Shown here: in pieces, positions 26,168 to 30,553 of the stretch
Layout: each line of letters opens with the position of its first letter
Position numbering within the stretch: the first letter of the stretch is position 1
Origin: Alphaproteobacteria bacterium
Lineage (GTDB): Bacteria; Pseudomonadota; Alphaproteobacteria; GCA-2731375
Reading direction: 5' to 3'
Length of the DNA: 30,553 nt
Assembly: GCA_965225945.1 (NCBI GenBank)
Contig: CBDDBZ010000010.1
Location: 1 to 30,553, forward strand
Made by a program: the position numbers and the translations under genes
Notes under the pieces: generated by a model
Databases searched by the model: none
Seen by the model: the letters and a program-made list of their open reading frames with translations, nothing else
Told to the model about the DNA's origin: nothing

Positions 26168-26188
26168 ATTTCAAACTGAGACACTACC
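26168..26188. mobile_element. Probable orphan terminal IR of a second IS1-like element
   Basis: ATTTCAAACTGAGACACTACC (reverse complement GGTAGTGTCTCAG..) has the GGTNNTGTC start seen at 18094 and 23270, and coincides with the return to GC-rich DNA. Confidence 0.5.
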
Positions 26189-26343
26189 GCCGCGTTATTC
26201 ATGCCGCCCGGAGACGAGAACCGAGATGAAGGCGATCGTTTCCGCCCGCTGTCAAAGCGAGGTGGTCCCGGATATTGTCCCGAGAGCGGACCTCCTGGCC
26301 ATTCCCGGTCGGAACCGATCGGCCGAGATGCCTCCGCCCTCGC

Positions 26344-27387
26344 TCAGCCGCCGAGCTCGGCCCTGACGAGTCGCGCACCGGCGCCCAAGGCCTGGAGCTT
26401 CACCTTGGCCAGCCAGCGGGGGAGCGCCGAGAAGCCGCAATCGGTCGTCGCCATCAGCCGTTCGGGCGGAACGTGCTCCAGCACGCGGCGCAGGCGGTCT
26501 GCGACCTCCTCCGCCGTCTCCTGGTGGAAGGACTTGACGTCGATCACGCCGGCCGCGATCCGGCAGCCGTCGGGCAAATCCGCCAGCCTGTCGAGATCCG
26601 CCATCTCGCGATTGGCAAATTCCAGCAACAAGGTCCGACTCCCAAGCAGGTCCAGCCCGGGGAAGAGGCGAGCGAAGTCGCGCCGCACATAGGGCCGGCT
26701 GGCGTTGTTGCCGAAGCAGACATGGACCGCCGCCCGGTCCTCGAAGCCGTCCAGCACGCGGTTGACGATTCCAGCCCCCTCGGCGACGGAGAGCCCTTCC
26801 GGGGGGTTGGCGAAGCCGGGCTCGTCGAGCTGGATGAATTCCGCGCCCGCCGCTGCCAGCGCGGCCATCTCCGCCCGGGCGATGGCGACGAGATCGTCCA
26901 TCAACCCGTGCAGGCCCGCCTCGCCCTCGCCGTAGGCCGGCAGGGGATCGATATTACGGGCGAAGGTGAGGGGACCCGGAAAGGCGATCTTCAGCGGATG
27001 ATCGGGACAGAGCCGGGCGAGGAGCGCGTATTCCTCCACCAGACCCAGGCCGCCGGGCGCGGTGAGCTTCTCGACCGCAAAGAACTTGGGCGCCCGGTCG
27101 TAGCCGGCGAGGCCGAGGCGCCGCGTCGGCGGCCGGCGGTCCAGCCCATCGATCCGGTCGTACATTTCGTAGACGAAGCGCATCCGGCGCAATTCGCCGT
27201 CGGAGATGATGTCGATCCCGGCCTCGAGCTGATCGGCGATTGCCGCGCGGGTCGCGTCCTCGAAGGCCTCGTCGACATCGTCGGGGCCCAGGCGGCTGTC
27301 CCGCATCCGCTCGCGGAACAGGAAGAGCCAGCCGGGCGTCGCGTGGCTGCCGACGCCGAGCGTCGGGATCAGCGGTAGGTCGGCCAT
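26344..27387 (-). CDS. Cobalamin-independent methionine synthase II-like protein (single Zn domain)
   Basis: VGSH, GIDIISDGELRR, IQLDEP, HVCFGN, LEF, DCGF Zn-ligand motifs; ATG 27387. Confidence 0.88.
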   Translation of the reverse strand: MADLPLIPTLGVGSHATPGWLFLFRERMRDSRLGPDDVDEAFEDATRAAIADQLEAGIDIISDGELRRMRFVYEMYDRIDGLDRRPPTRRLGLAGYDRAPKFFAVEKLTAPGGLGLVEEYALLARLCPDHPLKIAFPGPLTFARNIDPLPAYGEGEAGLHGLMDDLVAIARAEMAALAAAGAEFIQLDEPGFANPPEGLSVAEGAGIVNRVLDGFEDRAAVHVCFGNNASRPYVRRDFARLFPGLDLLGSRTLLLEFANREMADLDRLADLPDGCRIAAGVIDVKSFHQETAEEVADRLRRVLEHVPPERLMATTDCGFSALPRWLAKVKLQALGAGARLVRAELGG

Positions 27388-27827
27388 GGCATCCTCGCGC
27401 GGTGGCTGTTGGGAAAAGCTTAGGCGGCCTCGCGCAATCTTGAAACGCTCAGCCGATCCGCCAGACCCGCGCGCCGCCGGTGACGACGAATGGCGGCCGG
27501 CGAGGGGACGGGAATTCTCTTCACGGCTGCTCACCGCGGGCGCATCATAGGTCGATCGTCGAGGCCGGCAACGGAGAGAAAAAAGGGTCATTGTACTTTT
27601 TTCGGCGGAACGGACCAAAAAGCAGAATGACCCCTTTTTCCCCCTTTCGGCGAGGGGACGGGAATTCTCTTCACGGCTGCTCACCGCGGGCGCATCATAA
27701 ATCGATCGTCAAGGCCGGCAACGAAACAAAGGGGTCATTGTACTTTTTTGACGGAACGGACCAAACAGCAGAATGACCCCTTTTTGCCTTTCGTCCCTAT
27801 CTGGTTAAAGCAGGATGGGCTCCGAAT

Positions 27828-27842
27828 GTTCTTGATATGTTC
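27828..27842 (+). promoter_or_regulatory. Alphaproteobacterial LexA box candidate (GTTC-N7-GTTC)
   Basis: GTTCTTGATATGTTC about 55 bp upstream of the transposase-fragment ATG. Confidence 0.55.
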
Positions 27843-27895
27843 TCCATAGAGGTGTAGGCTGATCGCATCGGCTGGAGCTTTTGGAGGACTATTCG

Positions 27896-28374
27896 ATGAG
27901 CGGGATATTGGAGTTCCTCGAACGCCATGGATCGGAGGCGGACTGCATCGAGGCGCTGGCTCGGCTGCGCTGGCCGCAAGGCTACGTCTGCGCGCGTTGC
28001 GGCGAGAGGCGGAACTACCAATTGAAGACGCGGCCGCGGGTCTTCGAATGCGCCGGTTGCGGCCATCAGGAATCGGTGACCGCGGGCACGGTTTCGGCGT
28101 TGCGCAAATGGTTCCTGGCGGCGTGGTGGATGGGGCGCGACAAGCGCGGGGTCTCGGCGCTGTTTCTGTCGCGAGAGTTGAGCCTGCTTCTGTCGCGAGA
28201 GTTGAGCCTGCGCTACGACACCGCCTGGCTGATGGAGCTGCGCCATGCCCTGACGGAGCGCCCGGAGTTCCCGCTGGAGGGCTTGGTCGAGGTCGACGAG
28301 AGCTATTACGGCGGGCGGGGCAAGCCGGAGAGCCGGGGGCGCGGGCTTTCCAACCCGAACAAGAGCCTGTTGGT
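27896..28374 (+). pseudogene. Truncated IS1595-family transposase
   Basis: LRWPQGYVCARC..ECAGCGHQESVTAGT, KWFLA, RYDTAWLM, GLVEVDESYYGG. Small deletions, a 24-bp duplication, and a 3' end replaced by a repeat copy. Confidence 0.85.
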
Positions 28375-28553
28375 GAGGGGACGGGAATTCTCTTCACGGC
28401 TGCTCACCGCGGGCGCATCATAAATCGATCGTCAAGGCCGGCAACGAAACAAAGGGGTCATTGTACTTTTTTGACGGAACGGACCAAACAGCAGAATGAC
28501 CCCTTTTTGCCTTTAGTCGCCGCCACGACGTACTTGGCCGCAGGTATGAGCCG

Positions 28554-29603
28554 TCATTCGGCGAAGGCGGGGGCGATCTCCTCGACGAAGCGGTGCATCT
28601 GTTCGCGCACCATGGCGTCCGGCTTGTTGCCGACGTTGAAGTAGAGGATCACCTCGGCGATTCCCACCGCCTCGACCCGCTTCAGGCTTTCGATGATCCG
28701 GCCGGGCGGGCCGATCAGGATCGAGCGCTCGCCGAGATCCGCCGCCTTCATCTCCTTCAGGATTCGGACGATGTCCATGAAGTAGCGCATGGTCGGCGGC
28801 GCCTTGTCGGGGTGGTCGGGGAAAGCCGGCAGGACGCAGTGGCGGAAATAGTCCATCTGGGCTTCCCGCCCCTGGGCCTCGCTTCGCTCGTCGTCGGCGA
28901 TGTGGATGAAATAGCTGCACATCGCGCGACCGGGTTCATGGCCCTTGGCGCGGCATTTATCGCTGTAGGTGGCGACGGCGGCGTCGAGACCGCCGAACAT
29001 CATCGCCGCCGCGAAGGGCGCGAAGATCACGTTCAGGCCCCGGGCCGCCGCGATGTCGAGGCTGGTTGCGGAGAAACTCGCGACATAAAAGGGGATCGGC
29101 GACTGCACGGGCCGCGGCGTGATCTCCATTTCGGGAATGTCGTAGAAGCGTCCCTTGTGCGACCAGGGACCCTCGCCCCAGGCCTTGCGAATCACGTCGA
29201 TCGTCTCCTCGAAGATCTCGGCCGAGTCCATGTAGGGCGCGCCGAAGGGATCGTATTCCCGCCGGTCGTAGCCCCGTCCGGCGGCGAAATCGACGCGCCC
29301 GCCCGACAGCAGGTCGAGGGTCGCCCATTCCTCCGCCAGGTGGATCGGGTGATGCAACGGCAGCACGCTCACCGCCGGGGCCAGCCGGATCGTGGTGGTC
29401 ACCGGCACGATGCTGGCCAGCAGCGTGCCGGGCCGCGAGTTGACCCCCAGGGAATCGAAGTGGTGCTCGCCGATCCAGGCCGAATGCATGCCCAACGAAT
29501 CGGCCAGGATCGCCTGCTCGCGGATCTCGCCGATCAACTGGTTGGCCGTGCGGGTGGTTCCCGGATAGGCGTTGTCGGAAAGCGTGAAGTAGCCGAATTT
29601 CAT
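28554..29603 (-). CDS. LLM-class flavin-dependent oxidoreductase (luciferase-like monooxygenase)
   Basis: MKFG, WIGEHHF, HHPIHLAEEWATLDLLSGGRVDFAAGRGY motifs. Confidence 0.92.
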   Translation of the reverse strand: MKFGYFTLSDNAYPGTTRTANQLIGEIREQAILADSLGMHSAWIGEHHFDSLGVNSRPGTLLASIVPVTTTIRLAPAVSVLPLHHPIHLAEEWATLDLLSGGRVDFAAGRGYDRREYDPFGAPYMDSAEIFEETIDVIRKAWGEGPWSHKGRFYDIPEMEITPRPVQSPIPFYVASFSATSLDIAAARGLNVIFAPFAAAMMFGGLDAAVATYSDKCRAKGHEPGRAMCSYFIHIADDERSEAQGREAQMDYFRHCVLPAFPDHPDKAPPTMRYFMDIVRILKEMKAADLGERSILIGPPGRIIESLKRVEAVGIAEVILYFNVGNKPDAMVREQMHRFVEEIAPAFAE

Positions 29604-29671
29604 CGCCTCGTCCCCTTGCGCGCGAGCGAAGCATCTTAGACCTTGTCGCCCGGTTTGCGAGGGAGGACCCC

Positions 29672-30553
29672 ATGGCCGAGGGCGAAACCAACGATCCGCT
29701 GTTGACGCCGATCTGTCGGCGGCTCGGCATCGACTATCCGGTGTTCCAGGCCGGCATGGGCATCGTCGCCCGGGCGGATTTGGCGGCGGCGGTCTCGGCG
29801 GCGGGAGGGCTGGGCGTGATCGGGGCCGGCTCGACCATGACGGCGGGCGAGCTTCAGGGCGAGATTCGCCAACTCCGGGCTCGGACCGACAAGCCCTTCG
29901 GCGTCGATATCCTGTTCGCCAGCGTGCCGGGCGAGGGGCGCGATGCCGCCCGTTATACCGACGCGGTGCAATCCATGGTCGACGTGGTGCTGGCGGAGCG
30001 GGTGGGGGTGCTGATCTCCGGCCTCGGCAGCCCGGCCGCCGTGGTCCCTCTGGCCCACGAGCGGGGAATCGTGGTGATGAGCGTGGTCGGCGCGGTGCGC
30101 CATGCGCTGAAGGCCGTCGCCGACGGGGTCGACGTCGTCATCGCCTCCGGCCGCGATGGCGGCGGCCATGTGGGCGAGATCGGGACCGCGGCGCTGGTGC
30201 CGGCGGTGGCGGACGCACTCGAGGTGCCGGTGCTGGCGGGCGGCGGCCTCGCCGATGGGCGAGGGCTGGTCGCCGCCCTCGCCCTCGGCGCCCAGGGCTG
30301 CTGGCTCGGCACCCGCTTCATCGCCACCTCCGAGGCCCGCGCGCACGACGCCTACAAGCTTCGGATCGTCGCCACCGACAGCGCCGGCACCGTGGTGACG
30401 CGGGCCCATTCCGGCAAGCCCTGCCGGCTGATCCAAAACGGCTTCACCGCGTCCTGGGCCGGCCGGGAGGCGGAGATCGAAGCCTTCCCCCTACAGCTCA
30501 TGCACGTCGGCAACCCGGCCTCGGAGTTGGGGCGGATCCAGGGCGACGTGGAG
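29672..30553 (+). CDS. Nitronate monooxygenase/FabK-like flavoprotein, runs off the window end
   Basis: GGAGG RBS, ATG 29672. LGIDYPVFQAGMG, AAVSAAGGLGVIG, DGGGHVG, AGGGLADGRG, LGTRFIAT; no stop before the window end. Confidence 0.9.
   Translation, partial: MAEGETNDPLLTPICRRLGIDYPVFQAGMGIVARADLAAAVSAAGGLGVIGAGSTMTAGELQGEIRQLRARTDKPFGVDILFASVPGEGRDAARYTDAVQSMVDVVLAERVGVLISGLGSPAAVVPLAHERGIVVMSVVGAVRHALKAVADGVDVVIASGRDGGGHVGEIGTAALVPAVADALEVPVLAGGGLADGRGLVAALALGAQGCWLGTRFIATSEARAHDAYKLRIVATDSAGTVVTRAHSGKPCRLIQNGFTASWAGREAEIEAFPLQLMHVGNPASELGRIQGDVE

Larger units (their letters stand above)
27498..28514. repeat. Three copies of a ~140-150-bp REP-like unit
   Basis: Copies at ~27498-27647, 27648-27791 and 28375-28514; 27652-27791 and 28375-28514 read identical over 140 bp. 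Each holds an AAGGGGTCATTGTACTTT...AGCAGAATGACCCCTTT inverted pair. Confidence 0.9.

Noticed and set aside
27388-27684. N-terminal extension of the 446-aa MetE-like ORF
   Set aside because: It is translation through the 150-bp tandem repeat; the domain starts at ATG 27387.

Overview
GC-rich, probably alphaproteobacterial chromosomal segment (RPE/REP-type palindrome, GTTC-N7-GTTC LexA-type box). Ordinary catabolic genes (two PAL-like NHL proteins, Zn-ADH, two SDRs, M81/MlrC-like peptidase, RraA-like, D-2-hydroxyacid dehydrogenase, VOC, EamA, MetE-II-like, LLM monooxygenase, nitronate monooxygenase) are interleaved with two decayed accessory zones. Zone 1 (~3.5-9.2 kb) holds an IS21, a 5'-truncated gene with a HEPN-like motif, an orphan type I-C-like CRISPR array (9 repeats, 8 spacers, one spacer present three times), remnants of an enoyl-CoA hydratase, GMC oxidoreductase, tyrosine integrase and sulfatase, and MITEs. 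Zone 2 (~17.4-26.2 kb) is a nest of IS elements (ISAzo13 fragment, IS4, IS256, IS66) in and around an IS1-family-like cargo element (18094-23270), followed by a doubly inactivated darTG locus. The best candidate for an undescribed system is the intact cargo of that element: a translationally coupled three-gene operon (RelE/HigB-like toxin, HTH antitoxin with a long C-terminal tail, 221-aa unknown protein). It lies divergent, across two ATCGC-N6-GCGAT operator-like palindromes, from a tRNA-like gene with a tRNA-Glu-type body but a Val (TAC) anticodon. All family calls come from motif recognition by eye; no database searches were run.
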